From Candidatus Omnitrophota bacterium (GTDB lineage Bacteria > Omnitrophota > Gorgyraeia > Aquiviventales > Aquiviventaceae), in NCBI GenBank assembly GCA_023247255.1, contig JAHFGV010000002.1, positions 33,835 through 97,834 of the forward strand: a stretch of DNA of 64,000 nt, written 5' to 3'. Below the pieces are notes generated by a model. It was not told the DNA's origin. It did not search any database and saw only the letters and a list, made by a program, of their open reading frames with translations. The translations under genes and the position numbers were made by a program. Below are positions 18,728 through 29,891 of the stretch, piece by piece. Positions within the stretch are counted from its first letter, which is position 1; the number at the start of each line of letters is the position of its first letter.

Positions 18728-19510
18728 ATGTCTCTAAAACTGACGATTGCAGGTTGTTGCGGACGGATGGGCCAGCGCATTGCGCGTTTGGCTCTCCAAG
18801 ACTCTAGATATATTCTTGCCGCCGTTTTTGAATCTCATGCGCATACGGCTATCGGCCGCGTGCTTGCAGAACTTCTGCCTGAGTCAAAGGCTCAAGGGCT
18901 GACGATTCAGGGCGATGCGAAAGCAGCGATGGCTCAAGGCCATGTGACCATCGACTTCACGTCGCCTGAGGCCACTGACGAACACGTCCAGTTGGCTGTG
19001 CAACTCGGCAAGGCAATGGTGATCGGAACGACGGGGCTTTCCCAACAGCAGGTGGCTTCTGTACGTCAAGCGGCTCAAAGGATCCCCATCGTTATGAGTC
19101 CCAACATGAGCCTTGGGGTTAATGTTCTCTTTGATCTGGCTCAGTTGGCCGCTGTGCGGCTGGGAACTTCTTTTGACGTCGCGATCGTAGAAAGCCACCA
19201 TAAACATAAAAAAGACGCCCCCAGCGGAACGGCAAAGCGATTGGCACAAGTAGTGGAGTCTGCTCGAAAAGAGCAAACAAACGCAGTCGCCATTCACTCG
19301 GTAAGGGCTGGTGAGATTATCGGAGATCACACGGTGATTTTCTCAGGTCCTTCGGAATGTTTGGAGCTCACGCATCGGGCGCAAACACGCGAGACCTTTG
19401 CCGAAGGAGCACTGGTCGCCGCTGAATTTGTGCACAGCCAACCCCCGGGTCTGTATGACATGTCTAATGTGATTAAATGGAGGGCGGCTTCAACGGTGAG
19501 TAGGGAATGA
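18728..19510 (+). CDS. dapB: 4-hydroxy-tetrahydrodipicolinate reductase
   Basis: GCCGRMG, IDFT, IGTTG, ESHHKHKKDAPSGTA. Confidence 0.96.
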   Translation: MSLKLTIAGCCGRMGQRIARLALQDSRYILAAVFESHAHTAIGRVLAELLPESKAQGLTIQGDAKAAMAQGHVTIDFTSPEATDEHVQLAVQLGKAMVIGTTGLSQQQVASVRQAAQRIPIVMSPNMSLGVNVLFDLAQLAAVRLGTSFDVAIVESHHKHKKDAPSGTAKRLAQVVESARKEQTNAVAIHSVRAGEIIGDHTVIFSGPSECLELTHRAQTRETFAEGALVAAEFVHSQPPGLYDMSNVIKWRAASTVSRE

Positions 19511-20694
19511 TCCCAGACACAGAAGCACGTGTGAACTTTGAAGAGGCCACACGCTTGAAACAATTGCCTCCCTATTTATTCGTGGAGATGGATCGTGTCA
19601 AGCGCATGCATTTGGCAGCAGGCAAAGACGTCATTGATCTAGGTATCGGCGATCCGGATCTTCCCACACCGGCGCCTATCGTGGCGAGGCTCAAAGAAAC
19701 CGTCGAGGATCCCCAGAATCATCGCTATAGCTTGACGGAGGGATTGCCTCAGCTACGCCAAGCGATTGCCCAGTGGTACCATCGTCGGTTTGGCGTCAGC
19801 CTCGATCCCCAGACAGAGGTTCTGCCTTTGTTGGGATCTAAAGAGGGCATCGCTCATTTTCCATTGGCTGTGGCCAATCCGGCAGACGTCGTGCTTGTTC
19901 CGGATCCTTGCTATCCTCCTTATTGCAGCGGCACACTCTTTGCGGGTGCTGAAGTGGTTTCGATGCCATTGCTTGAAGAAAACGCCTTCTTTCCAGATCT
20001 GGGAGCGGTTAGCCAGAAGGCCGTTCGCCGAGCCAAGGTTTTATTCCTGAATTATCCCAACAACCCGACGGCTGCGGTAGCCACGCGTGAGCAATTTCAA
20101 GAAGCCATTGTCTTGGCTAAGGATTATTCCATTGCTATCGCGCATGACGCCGCTTATTCGGAGATTGCTTTTGACGGAAATCGTCCGATCAGCTTTCTTG
20201 AGCTGCCGGATGCGAAATCCGTAGGCGTTGAGTTTCACAGCCTTTCCAAGACTTATCAGATGACCGGCTGGCGGATCGGCTGGGTCTGCGGCAATGCGCG
20301 ACTGATTGCTGCTCTGAGCAAACTCAAGGCCAATGCCGATTCTGGAATTTTTCAACCGATTCAGTGGGCAGGGATTGCAGCCCTTGAAGCAGACGAGGCG
20401 ATTCTCAGACAGACCGTCGCCACCTATCAACAGCGACGGGATTTGTTGGTCGATGCCTTGGGTGAGGCAGGCTGGAAAGTGCCCAAGCCCGCAGCCAGCT
20501 TTTATGTTTGGGCGCGGCTTCCCACGCAAGAATCGTCCATGGCTTTTGCCTCGCGGATCCTCGAACAGGCTCAAGTCGTTCTGACTCCCGGCGTGGGCTT
20601 TGGCCCTTCGGGGGAAGGTTACATCCGTATGTCCTTGACCGTTGCTACCGAGCGCCTTCAAGAAGCCGTCGCTCGTATCGTTAGGATACTCTGA
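19507..20694 (+). CDS. dapL: LL-diaminopimelate aminotransferase
   Basis: LPPYLF, LLGSKEGIAH, NYPNNPT, HDAAYSE, FHSLSKTYQMTGWRIG; lies in dap cluster. Confidence 0.85.
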   Translation: MIPDTEARVNFEEATRLKQLPPYLFVEMDRVKRMHLAAGKDVIDLGIGDPDLPTPAPIVARLKETVEDPQNHRYSLTEGLPQLRQAIAQWYHRRFGVSLDPQTEVLPLLGSKEGIAHFPLAVANPADVVLVPDPCYPPYCSGTLFAGAEVVSMPLLEENAFFPDLGAVSQKAVRRAKVLFLNYPNNPTAAVATREQFQEAIVLAKDYSIAIAHDAAYSEIAFDGNRPISFLELPDAKSVGVEFHSLSKTYQMTGWRIGWVCGNARLIAALSKLKANADSGIFQPIQWAGIAALEADEAILRQTVATYQQRRDLLVDALGEAGWKVPKPAASFYVWARLPTQESSMAFASRILEQAQVVLTPGVGFGPSGEGYIRMSLTVATERLQEAVARIVRIL

Positions 20695-20710
20695 CGAGCA
20701 GGCTGCTGAT

Positions 20711-21223
20711 ATGGCACGCGTTTTCATCGGCGTAGGATCTAACGAGGGGGATCGGCTGTGGAATATCTCCAGGGCCATCCAAGCATTGAGCCAGACGTCT
20801 GGAGTCGGAGTGGCGAACATGGCGACGATCATCGAGACAAAACCGGAAGGTGGGCCGGTGCAGGGTCCTTACCTGAACACAGTAGTGGAAGTCGAAACCA
20901 GCCTGGATCCAGATTCGTTACTTGAGATTCTCCAAAACATTGAGCGTTTGCTGGGACGTGTGCCTTGCGCAATCCGTTGGTCCGCACGTCCGATCGATTT
21001 GGATTTGTTACTCTACGACGATCGCGTCATCCAGCAGCCGAGACTGATTGTTCCTCATCCGCGAATGCACCTGCGCATTTTCGTCCTGGAACCTCTGGCT
21101 CAACTGGCTCCTGATTTTCTCCATCCGGTCTTGCGGCAGCCGATCTCGGCCCTTGCCGAAGCGGTTGCCCGTGTTTCAGACTCTTGCTCATTTGTCCTGC
21201 AATCCTCCGGCGAAAACTCCTAA
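20711..21223 (+). CDS. folK: 2-amino-4-hydroxy-6-hydroxymethyldihydropteridine diphosphokinase
   Basis: IGVGSNEGDR, YLNTV, RWSARPIDLDLL, VPHPRMHLR.FVL.PL. Confidence 0.96.
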   Translation: MARVFIGVGSNEGDRLWNISRAIQALSQTSGVGVANMATIIETKPEGGPVQGPYLNTVVEVETSLDPDSLLEILQNIERLLGRVPCAIRWSARPIDLDLLLYDDRVIQQPRLIVPHPRMHLRIFVLEPLAQLAPDFLHPVLRQPISALAEAVARVSDSCSFVLQSSGENS

Positions 21224-21226
21224 GCT

Positions 21227-22075
21227 ATGCGCCTGATCCGTTCGGTTCAGCAAATGGCCGCCTTTTCACTGAGTCTCAGACGGCATGGAAAATCAATAGG
21301 CGTGGTACCCACCCTGGGGGCGCTCCATGAAGGCCACCTATCGCTGATCCGCAGGGCGGTCGAAGAAAACGAGATTGTGATTGTGACGATTTTCGTCAAC
21401 CCGCTGCAATTTGGACCCGGCGAAGATTTTGCCCGCTATCCTCGGAACCTCAGGCGTGACCTTGGATTGATTGCTGCCACAAAGGCAACGATCGCTTTTG
21501 CTCCGACGGCTCGCAGCTTTTATCCCGATGATTTTCAAACCACCCTTGACGTCGGGAAACTTACCGAGCTTTGGGAAGGCCGCTTTCGGCCGGGTCACTT
21601 CAAGGGTGTCGCTACCGTCGTTGCCATCCTGTTTCACCTGACATGTCCGACGCGCGCTTACTTCGGACAGAAAGACTACCAGCAGGTTCTTGTGATCAAG
21701 CAGATGGTGAAGGATCTTTTGCTTCCGATCTCCATTCGAATGCTTCCGACGGTGCGTGAGCGAGATGGCCTTGCCCTGAGCTCGCGCAATCAATACCTGA
21801 GTCCCACCGAACGTCATCAGGCGGCGGCTCTTTTCCAAGCGCTTTCCGTCGCCCGTCGGCAGATTCGATCCGGGCAACGCAACGTCGCTCGGCTTCTTGC
21901 GACGATGCGAGCGCAGATCCGCACTCAATCCAAGGCCCGCGTCGATTATGTCGCCATCGTGGATGCCCAGACGCTCAGAGCCATTCCCCGCATTCGAGGA
22001 CGCGTGGCTTTGCTGGCTGCCGTTTGGATTGGACGCACACGACTGATTGACAATCTCCTCGTCGAGGTGTCATAA
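21227..22075 (+). CDS. panC: pantothenate synthetase
   Basis: PTLGALHEGH, FVNPLQF, RPGHF.GV, FGQKDYQQ, GLALSSRN, RLIDN. Confidence 0.97.
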   Translation: MRLIRSVQQMAAFSLSLRRHGKSIGVVPTLGALHEGHLSLIRRAVEENEIVIVTIFVNPLQFGPGEDFARYPRNLRRDLGLIAATKATIAFAPTARSFYPDDFQTTLDVGKLTELWEGRFRPGHFKGVATVVAILFHLTCPTRAYFGQKDYQQVLVIKQMVKDLLLPISIRMLPTVRERDGLALSSRNQYLSPTERHQAAALFQALSVARRQIRSGQRNVARLLATMRAQIRTQSKARVDYVAIVDAQTLRAIPRIRGRVALLAAVWIGRTRLIDNLLVEVS

Positions 22076-22119
22076 TAGCCCTCGTTCAAAGACGCTCAGC
22101 CAACTGAGCGCGTGGGCTA

Positions 22120-22282
22120 AGGGTTCGTTAAGAAATAACTGCATCAATTTGATCGGGGGCTTTTGACTCATGGCTGCGTTGCTCATCGCTTACATCCTCG
22201 TCGCGGATGCTCGCTCTTCGCGCCTTGCCCTGAGTCAAAATCCCCAACGGCCAAATAGCGCAGTCATTTCTTAACGAACCCT
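22120..22282. mobile_element. MITE-like palindromic element, family D
   Basis: IR agggttcgttaagaaat / atttcttaacgaaccct; left half repeated at 58713-58792. Confidence 0.7.
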
Positions 22283-22327
22283 AACCCGTAAACCGGCAGA
22301 CTCGCTAACACGCGAACGCACCTTACC

Positions 22328-22750
22328 ATGCTACGAACGATGTGCCAGTCCAAAATCCACGGGGCGGTTGTCACACAGGCGAAGCTGGAATATGAAGGCA
22401 GCCTCACGATCGACGCCCATCTCATGAAAGCGGCCGGCATCCTTCCTTACGAACAAGTCCACGTGGTGGATATCACCAACGGCGCGCGGCTGGTAACGTA
22501 CTGCCTGGAAGGACCATCCGGCTCCGGGATGGTCTGTATCAATGGGGCTGCGGCACGCTTGGTTGCCGTCGGGGATCGTATCATCGTGATCACCTACGCC
22601 CAAATGAGTCCAGAAGAGATCACCCGTTTTGTCCCGACTGTTCTATTATTAGAGCAGGGAAATCGGATTCGGCAGGTCATCCGCAGTACCGATGAATTTC
22701 TTTCTACGCAGGATCCTCTGTGTGAAATTTCCTCTGGGGCATCAGCGTAA
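22328..22750 (+). CDS. panD: aspartate 1-decarboxylase
   Basis: SKIHGAVVT...YEGS, NGARLVTY, INGAAAR. Confidence 0.97.
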   Translation: MLRTMCQSKIHGAVVTQAKLEYEGSLTIDAHLMKAAGILPYEQVHVVDITNGARLVTYCLEGPSGSGMVCINGAAARLVAVGDRIIVITYAQMSPEEITRFVPTVLLLEQGNRIRQVIRSTDEFLSTQDPLCEISSGASA

Positions 22751-23580
22751 TGGTTCGAGTGGGTCTTGTCGGTTGCGGTACCATTGGCCGACGATTGGCT
22801 CAAACCCTCCGACGCTCTTACCCGCACCTCGCCCGCCTGAGTGCCATCCATGATGGGGATATGGCCCAAGCCATCGCCCTGCGACGGTTTCTTAGGTCTT
22901 CGGTGCGTATCGTGTCTCTGAACGAGCTCATTCGCCGTTGTGAGCTTGTGATCGAAGCGGCGTCTGCCGATGCGGCTGTCGATGTGGCAGTGCGAGCCCT
23001 GCGTGCCCATCGGGATGTACTCATCATGAGTGTCGGTGGCCTTCTACGAAATAATGCTTGGCGAAGGATTGCCCGTCGATCCCAAGGAAGTGTGTGGATT
23101 CCCAGTGGAGCCCTCGCCGGTTTGGATGGGGTGAAGGCTTTAGCTGTCGGGACGATCAAAAGGGTTTCGTTGACGACGCGTAAGCCCCCACAGGCACTGG
23201 CCGCCGCCCCTTATATCCTTCAGAACCGCATCGAACTCGATTGTCTGAAGGTTCCGAGGCTCCTGTTTGAAGGCTCGCCGCTTGAGGTTGTGAAAGCCTT
23301 TCCCCAAAACACAAACGTTGCTGCCACCCTCGCCTTGGCAGTAAGTGGCCAGGCTGAACCAAAGGCAAAGAAAGGCTCGCCACCGATTTTGGTTCGGGTG
23401 ATTGCGGATCCCACACTCAGCGCGAATGTGCATGAGCTGGAAGTGGAGGGGGATTGCGGCCGCATTCACTGTCGGGTTGAGAGTCGTCCCAGCGCGAATC
23501 CTAGAACGAGTGAGCTGGCTGTGCGCTCCGCCATAGCAACTTTATCTCGGATATTCGAGCCTATTCGATTGGGGACTTGA
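22750..23580 (+). CDS. nadX: L-aspartate dehydrogenase
   Basis: GCGTIG, IEAAS, MSVGGL, PSGALAGLD, TTRKPP, FPQNTNVAA, NPRTS.LA. Confidence 0.88.
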   Translation: MVRVGLVGCGTIGRRLAQTLRRSYPHLARLSAIHDGDMAQAIALRRFLRSSVRIVSLNELIRRCELVIEAASADAAVDVAVRALRAHRDVLIMSVGGLLRNNAWRRIARRSQGSVWIPSGALAGLDGVKALAVGTIKRVSLTTRKPPQALAAAPYILQNRIELDCLKVPRLLFEGSPLEVVKAFPQNTNVAATLALAVSGQAEPKAKKGSPPILVRVIADPTLSANVHELEVEGDCGRIHCRVESRPSANPRTSELAVRSAIATLSRIFEPIRLGT

Positions 23581-23648
23581 GCCGCTGATAGAGCGTTATC
23601 GTCGGCGTTATGTCAGGGCTCATAGAAATAGAAAGGGGGTGAGTTTCA

Positions 23649-23783
23649 GTGGCAGAGAAGGTGGCAAAGGTTGGCATCAAGAAGGAACGGGGTTACCTTT
23701 ACTTCATTGACAAGCAGGGAGACATCTCGAGAGCGAAAATGGCTCGGGGTGGCCAGCGCCGCAGCCGTAGCAAACGGCGATAA
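23649..23783 (+). CDS. 44-aa basic small protein (missed by ORF track)
   Basis: Strong RBS aagggggtga then GTG; MAEKVAKVGIKKERGYLYFIDKQGDISRAKMARGGQRRSRSKRR. Confidence 0.75.
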   Translation: MAEKVAKVGIKKERGYLYFIDKQGDISRAKMARGGQRRSRSKRR

Positions 23784-23980
23784 ACCGCATTGTTGGGAAT
23801 TCTTGACCCCTTGCTTTCGGGACGTTGGCCATCGACAGGGTAAACGCAAATGCTCGATGGCCTGTGTTCTCGGAAGCAGGGGGTCTTGTGTTATAATCGA
23901 ACAACCGACGTATGGAAGACTGTTTCATGAAACCTGACACAATCCTCATTACTTCCCTTGGAATATGACACAGCATTCGA

Positions 23981-26929
23981 ATGGCATCTTCTGATAGCGC
24001 CATCGTGATTCGAGGCGCAAAGGAACACAATCTTAAACAAATCGACTTGAGGATTCCCCGCAACCGCTTGGTTGTGATCACCGGGCTTTCGGGATCAGGG
24101 AAATCCTCTTTGGCCTTCGATACCCTCTACGCCGAGGGTCAGCGCCGGTACGTGGAAAGCCTCTCGGCCTACGCCCGGCAGTTTCTGGAACGCCTGGAAA
24201 AACCGGACGTTGAATCCATCGAGGGTCTATCCCCGGCGATTGCCATCGAGCAACGTACCGCAGGCAGCAATCCCCGCTCGACGGTGGCGACCCAAACGGA
24301 AATCTATGACTACCTCCGGGTGCTGTTTGCCCGGATCGGCCTGCCCCACTGCCCTCGGTGCCGTGTGCCCATCAGCCAGCAATCCGCTCAGGAGATTGTG
24401 TCTCAGGTGCTTACACTGCCTGCCCAGACGCCCCTGACCGTTCTGGCCCCTGTGGTGCGCGGACGCAAAGGCCAGGCGTTGGAAATATTCCGCCAGATCA
24501 AACGACAGGGTTTCGTGCGTGTTCGTGTGGATGGCGTCCTTCACGATTTGGATGAATCCATCGATCTGGACAAGAAACGCGCGCATACGATTGAGGTTGT
24601 GGTGGATCGGCTTACCATCGAGCCGGACATCAAGTCTCGCCTGACGGAATCCATTGAGAGCGCCCTCAAGCTGGGCAAGGGGATCGTCATTATTAATACC
24701 AGCTCCAGAGGCGAGGGCCCAGCGGCAAGGGCGAAAAAATCCTCGGTTTCAGGGGTCAAAGCCCGTGATGAGTTGATCTTCAGTGAGCTCTACGCCTGTC
24801 CCACCTGCGGGTTCAGTTTTGAGGAAATCTCTCCTCGGGTTTTTTCATTCAATTCCCCTTATGGCGCTTGCCCCACCTGCGATGGACTAGGAACGCGCCT
24901 TGAGATCGATCCGGAGCTTGTGGTTCCTGATCGCGATAAAACGCTCAGCGAAGGCGCCATTGAGCCGTGGAAACGTGGCGGGCTGCATATGGTGATGTAC
25001 TACAATCGTCTGCTTCGCGAAGCGGTTCGATACTACGATGTTAGCTTGAATGCGCCCTTTAAGTCGTTGGACCGAAAGATTCAGAGGATTCTTCTGTATG
25101 GTTCTGCGGATGAGGTGTGGGGAAATCCCTTTGAGGGTGTGATTCCCAATCTGGAGCGGCGATTCCGGCACACGGATTCGGACTACGTTAAAGAAGAAAT
25201 CGCTCGATACATGAGTGTGCTGAGCTGTCCCACCTGTGGCGGAACGCGCCTGAAGCCGGAATGCCTCTCTGTTGTTGTCGACGGCCGTTCGATTGCCCAG
25301 GTGACTTCGGATTCTATCGTCGCTGCTTGGCGCTGGATCAGCCAGGTGCCTATTCCTCGACAGTTACAGGCGGTAGCCGAGCCGATCGTCAAAGAAATCG
25401 CCAACCGTTTGCAGTTTCTGATCGACGTGGGCCTGGGATATCTGACGCTGGATCGGCCCTCCGGCAGTCTCTCGGGTGGGGAAGCGCAGCGGATTCGCTT
25501 GGCCACGCAGGTGGGATCCGGATTGGTGGGGGTGCTTTACATTTTAGACGAACCGTCGATCGGGCTTCACCAGCGTGATAACGAGAAACTACTCAACACG
25601 CTCCAGCGGCTGCGCGATCTGGGAAACACCCTGTTGGTCATCGAGCATGATGAGGCTACCATCCGACGCGCGGACTACATCATCGACTTGGGTCCTGGGG
25701 CAGGCAAGCATGGCGGAGAAGTCGTAGCCGCCGGCACCCTTGAAGATATCCTCCGAGAGAGCAAAAGCCTAACGGGACAGTTTTTAAGCGGCAAGCGGCA
25801 CATTCCGATTCCTGCCGTCAGACGGCCCTCGACGCGCCGGATGAGTCTGATCGTCAAGGGAGCGTCCGAGCACAATCTCAAGCGGATCGACGTGAGATTT
25901 CCATTGGGATGTTTGATCTGTGTCAGCGGTGTTTCAGGTTCCGGAAAATCGACGCTGGTGGATGACATTCTTTATCGCGCCTTGGCTCGACGGCTCTACG
26001 GCAGTCGGCAACGTCCCGGAAGGCACGAGCGCATTAGCGGTATCGAGCACATCGACAAGGTGATCGTGATTGATCAGTCCCCGATTGGTCGCACCCCGCG
26101 TTCCAATCCCGCGACCTACACGGATGCCTTCGGCCCGATTCGAGAGCTCTTTAGCCAGACGCCAGCCGCAAAGCTGCGAGGGTTCAAACCCGGCCGGTTC
26201 AGTTTCAACGTCAAAGGAGGCCGTTGCGAGGCCTGTCAGGGGGATGGCATCAAGCGCATTGAGATGCATTTTCTCTCTGATGTTTACGTTCGTTGCGAGC
26301 TCTGCAAGGGCCGGCGATTCAACGAACAAACGTTGGAGATTACCTACAAGGGACGTTCCATCGCCGATGTGCTGGCCATGACGGTGGATGAGGCGCTGGA
26401 GTTGTTTGAGCCGATTCCTGCGATTCGGCAGAAGCTCCAGACGATCCAAGCGGTCGGTTTAGGGTATCTGGAGCTGGGCCAATCAGCAACGACTCTGTCC
26501 GGGGGTGAGGCCCAGCGCATCAAGCTGGCCAAAGAGCTTTCGCGCCGCGCGACAGGACGCACCCTCTATCTGTTGGATGAGCCAACGACCGGTTTGCATG
26601 TCGCCGACATCGAGAAACTGCTCAGGGTTTTGCATCAGTTGGTCGAACACGGCAATACGGTTGTGATTGTCGAGCACAATCTCGATGTGATCAAGACGGC
26701 GGATCATGTCATCGATCTGGGCCCTGAAGGTGGGGATGCGGGAGGAGAGCTGGTGGCTTGCGGGACTCCGGAGCAAATCGCCGCCGAGCCGAAATCGGCG
26801 ACGGGACAATTTTTGAAGCGACTCCTCAACGGCCCACGGGGTAGCCTCGCCCTGTCCAGTCAAATGTCGGACGTCTTCGCGTTTCCCAGAAACAATGCTC
26901 TGGCGCTTCGCAAAAATAATGGGAGTTAA
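23981..26929 (+). CDS. uvrA: excinuclease ABC subunit A
   Basis: [14 protein letters not shown], two ABC modules, LSGGEAQRI twice, zinc fingers. Confidence 0.98.
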   Translation: MASSDSAIVIRGAKEHNLKQIDLRIPRNRLVVITGLSGSGKSSLAFDTLYAEGQRRYVESLSAYARQFLERLEKPDVESIEGLSPAIAIEQRTAGSNPRSTVATQTEIYDYLRVLFARIGLPHCPRCRVPISQQSAQEIVSQVLTLPAQTPLTVLAPVVRGRKGQALEIFRQIKRQGFVRVRVDGVLHDLDESIDLDKKRAHTIEVVVDRLTIEPDIKSRLTESIESALKLGKGIVIINTSSRGEGPAARAKKSSVSGVKARDELIFSELYACPTCGFSFEEISPRVFSFNSPYGACPTCDGLGTRLEIDPELVVPDRDKTLSEGAIEPWKRGGLHMVMYYNRLLREAVRYYDVSLNAPFKSLDRKIQRILLYGSADEVWGNPFEGVIPNLERRFRHTDSDYVKEEIARYMSVLSCPTCGGTRLKPECLSVVVDGRSIAQVTSDSIVAAWRWISQVPIPRQLQAVAEPIVKEIANRLQFLIDVGLGYLTLDRPSGSLSGGEAQRIRLATQVGSGLVGVLYILDEPSIGLHQRDNEKLLNTLQRLRDLGNTLLVIEHDEATIRRADYIIDLGPGAGKHGGEVVAAGTLEDILRESKSLTGQFLSGKRHIPIPAVRRPSTRRMSLIVKGASEHNLKRIDVRFPLGCLICVSGVSGSGKSTLVDDILYRALARRLYGSRQRPGRHERISGIEHIDKVIVIDQSPIGRTPRSNPATYTDAFGPIRELFSQTPAAKLRGFKPGRFSFNVKGGRCEACQGDGIKRIEMHFLSDVYVRCELCKGRRFNEQTLEITYKGRSIADVLAMTVDEALELFEPIPAIRQKLQTIQAVGLGYLELGQSATTLSGGEAQRIKLAKELSRRATGRTLYLLDEPTTGLHVADIEKLLRVLHQLVEHGNTVVIVEHNLDVIKTADHVIDLGPEGGDAGGELVACGTPEQIAAEPKSATGQFLKRLLNGPRGSLALSSQMSDVFAFPRNNALALRKNNGS

Positions 26930-26999
26930 GAGTGCGTCGATTTCTGCGAGGCGCAATCCCATTGAGGTTCGCCAGTGTCCATTCATTATGCGGACATCA

Positions 27000-29192
27000 A
27001 TGGAACCTACAGCTAGCCCACAGCAGCGTGGGGTGCTGGGACAAATGATTATTTCATGGGTGGCCTGTGTATGGGTGGCCATGAGTTTTCCGTGTCGGGC
27101 CGCGGAAACGACGCCGCTGATTGCCACATACGATTCTGTTCGTACCGCTTTCTTGCGCGAGTCTTTCGAGGAGGTGACGACTTTGGCCCAGAGCTTTGTC
27201 CATCAATCGCAAGTCCTCCCCGATGAAGTGGCAAGGGTCCGGTGTTGGTGGGCGCTTAGTCTGGACCGGCTTCAACGACCGCATGAAGCTCTAAAAGTGT
27301 TAGATGTTCTTAAGACGGAACTTTCCGCAGACGATCCCTTCTGGGCGGAAGTGCTCTTCTGGGAAGGGGAAATCAGCCGGCGCGCTTTTCAAATGGTTCG
27401 TGCCCGGTTGTCTTACCAACAGTTGCTTGAGCGTGCGCCGCGTTCGATATGGGCGGCGCAGGCTCGAGTTGGGCTTGGGAAGGTCCTCATCCATGAACAG
27501 GCATTGACAGAGGCTCTCGAGCAGTTTCAAACGGTTGCGGCACAGAAAGAGAATCAGACACTCGCTCAAGATGCCGCTCTTTTAGAGGGATTCTGTCTTG
27601 TGCAACTTAAGCGGTTTCAGCAAGCCACTCGGGTTCTTCAGGATTTGCTGGATCGATCCCAGAACCCCGACACAGTGGCTCAGGTCGCTTTCTATTTGGG
27701 GGAGAGCTTAACCGGGTTGGATCGTTTCGAACAAGCGCAGCAAGCCTATCAGCGTTCGATTGACGTAAAACCCGATTCTCCATGGGCGTGGGCGTCTGGG
27801 TTTGGTTTGGGATGGGTTCAGTATCAATCCGGCGACTGTGAAGCCTGCCTGCATACCTTGGAGCGCTATCTCACTCCAACGACGAAGGACCGCAACGCTT
27901 CCTATCAAACCGAAGCGCGCTTCGCTCAAGCCGGTTGCCTCATGCGGCTGGGACGGGAGCCGGAGGCCTTGACTTTGTTTGAGCGGATTCTTTCCGACGA
28001 TTTCAAACATCCCTTGGCCTTGCAGACTGGTTTGACCCTGGTGGACATCTATCGCCGTCACGGGGATATTCTGCGCGCTGTGGGAGTGTTGGAAAGCCTC
28101 TCTGATCGTCCGCTCGATCCGATCCCTCGCGCTCAACTTCAGCTGAAAGCGGGAAGCATCGCCTTGGATCAGGGGCAGTTCCTGCAGGCCAGACGTTTTT
28201 TCAAGCTCGCATCCGAGGTGGGACAGTTGGCGATCCGCCAGGTGTCTTTGGCAGGGTTAGCCGACGTCGAAATGTTCCTGGGCAACGTCGGTCAAGCGCA
28301 GGTTTATTATGAACAGGGGATAACGCTCTCACCCCAGACGCCAGAAGCCGCTTATGCTTCCTATCAACTGGGTCGTTTGAATCTAGAATCCGGCTCCTTT
28401 GACCAGGCGATGGAGATCTTTCAACGACTGACATCCAGCACCGACGCCTCGATAGCACAGGATGCTGCTTTGGCATTGGCCCTGGCGCACGTTCGTCGCG
28501 GTGAGAACCGTCTGGCTCGGGGTTATTTGCAAGCCCTTGCGCAGCAACAAGGCAATCCCACAGCTACCGCCCGGACTTTTTATTACCTTGCGTTGCTCGC
28601 CATCGATGAGGCCGATGAAGAATCGGCAAGCGCCTTCTGCCAGCAGACCATTCAAGGAGCGCCGGATTCCGAAGAAGCCCTCGAAGCCCGGCTTCTGCTT
28701 GCGGAGCTGACGGCTCGTCAGTCTACGGATGCGTCGGTTCAGGAGTTGCAAAGGGTGTATGCGACGGAGAAATTACCGCTTCGTCATCGGGCTCGTGTGG
28801 CTCAGCGATTGGGGGATATTACTCATAAAGACGGCAGATATGCAGAAGCGATCCGTTGGTACGAGATTGCGTATGAGGTTTTTCCGAATATCGAGGGAGA
28901 ACTTGGGTATTCCATCGCCAGTTGTTACGAAGAGGCGGCAGATATCGAGTTAGCCATTCATCGTTATCAAAAGCTGAAACAGGCTCCTTGGCGCGTTCGT
29001 GGCCAACTGGCTGCAGCCAGGCTTCTGGAACGCCAAAACCAGTTGGATCAGGCCAAGGCGATCTATATCGCCCTTGCCCAAGAGCCGATTCCAGAGGCAA
29101 AGGTCCTTCAGGAACGATTGGCTTTTTGGGATCAGCAGACATGGCAGCAGCCCCAACGCATGTCCGTTTCTGGGGATGTCTACAAGGAGTAG
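27000..29192 (+). CDS. exported tetratricopeptide-repeat protein (start uncertain)
   Basis: Signal-like N-terminus (...FPCRA-AE) followed by many TPR helices (AFYLGESL, ARFAQAGCL, ASYQLGRL). Confidence 0.8.
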   Translation: MEPTASPQQRGVLGQMIISWVACVWVAMSFPCRAAETTPLIATYDSVRTAFLRESFEEVTTLAQSFVHQSQVLPDEVARVRCWWALSLDRLQRPHEALKVLDVLKTELSADDPFWAEVLFWEGEISRRAFQMVRARLSYQQLLERAPRSIWAAQARVGLGKVLIHEQALTEALEQFQTVAAQKENQTLAQDAALLEGFCLVQLKRFQQATRVLQDLLDRSQNPDTVAQVAFYLGESLTGLDRFEQAQQAYQRSIDVKPDSPWAWASGFGLGWVQYQSGDCEACLHTLERYLTPTTKDRNASYQTEARFAQAGCLMRLGREPEALTLFERILSDDFKHPLALQTGLTLVDIYRRHGDILRAVGVLESLSDRPLDPIPRAQLQLKAGSIALDQGQFLQARRFFKLASEVGQLAIRQVSLAGLADVEMFLGNVGQAQVYYEQGITLSPQTPEAAYASYQLGRLNLESGSFDQAMEIFQRLTSSTDASIAQDAALALALAHVRRGENRLARGYLQALAQQQGNPTATARTFYYLALLAIDEADEESASAFCQQTIQGAPDSEEALEARLLLAELTARQSTDASVQELQRVYATEKLPLRHRARVAQRLGDITHKDGRYAEAIRWYEIAYEVFPNIEGELGYSIASCYEEAADIELAIHRYQKLKQAPWRVRGQLAAARLLERQNQLDQAKAIYIALAQEPIPEAKVLQERLAFWDQQTWQQPQRMSVSGDVYKE

Positions 29193-29198
29193 AAAAAC

Positions 29199-29882
29199 AT
29201 GATTGCGCGTATGGTGCAGACCATTCTCTTCGTTGTCGTGGCCGCCATTGTAGGCACAGTGCTGTATTGGTATATCGACATTATCCACAGAGGCGGCGTT
29301 GTGATGATTCCCATCGTCATGTGTTCCATCTTTGCCGTGGCGATTGCCATCGAGCGATTTGTGTATTTCTTTGGGACAGGCCCCGACACAGATCAGTTCA
29401 TCGTGCAATTGCGCAGCCACGTACAATCCGGTCACTGGCAGGAAATAGAGGCCCTGTGCCAGAACACAAAAGGATCAGTGGCTCGCGTGACTCATGCGGG
29501 ACTGTCGGTTCGTGAACGCCAAGCCCTTGAGATCGAGCGGGTCATGGAAGAAGCGGCACGGGAAGAACTTCCCCTGGTTGAACGTCACCACCGTTGGCTG
29601 GCTACCCTGGCACAGACTGCCACCCTTCTGGGACTTTTAGGAACCGTGACCGGCATGGTGAATGCTTTCCAGGTCATTCAAAGTAAAGCGACCTTAACCA
29701 ATCCGGTCAACCCTGCGGATCTAGCCGGTGGGATTTGGGAAGCGCTGATTACGACGGTGGCCGGTCTTGAGGTGGCGATTCCTACCATCCTGGTCTACAA
29801 TTATTTTGTCGGCCGCTCGGTTGAGGTTCAATCTCAGATCGAGCGGGTAGCAGGTATTGTGGCTCACTGGCGTCGCTCCTAG
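29199..29882 (+). CDS. MotA/TolQ/ExbB proton channel family protein
   Basis: LLGLLGTVTGMV.AF, LAGGIWEALITTVAGL.VAIP. Confidence 0.92.
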   Translation: MIARMVQTILFVVVAAIVGTVLYWYIDIIHRGGVVMIPIVMCSIFAVAIAIERFVYFFGTGPDTDQFIVQLRSHVQSGHWQEIEALCQNTKGSVARVTHAGLSVRERQALEIERVMEEAAREELPLVERHHRWLATLAQTATLLGLLGTVTGMVNAFQVIQSKATLTNPVNPADLAGGIWEALITTVAGLEVAIPTILVYNYFVGRSVEVQSQIERVAGIVAHWRRS

Positions 29883-29891
29883 TGATTTCGG

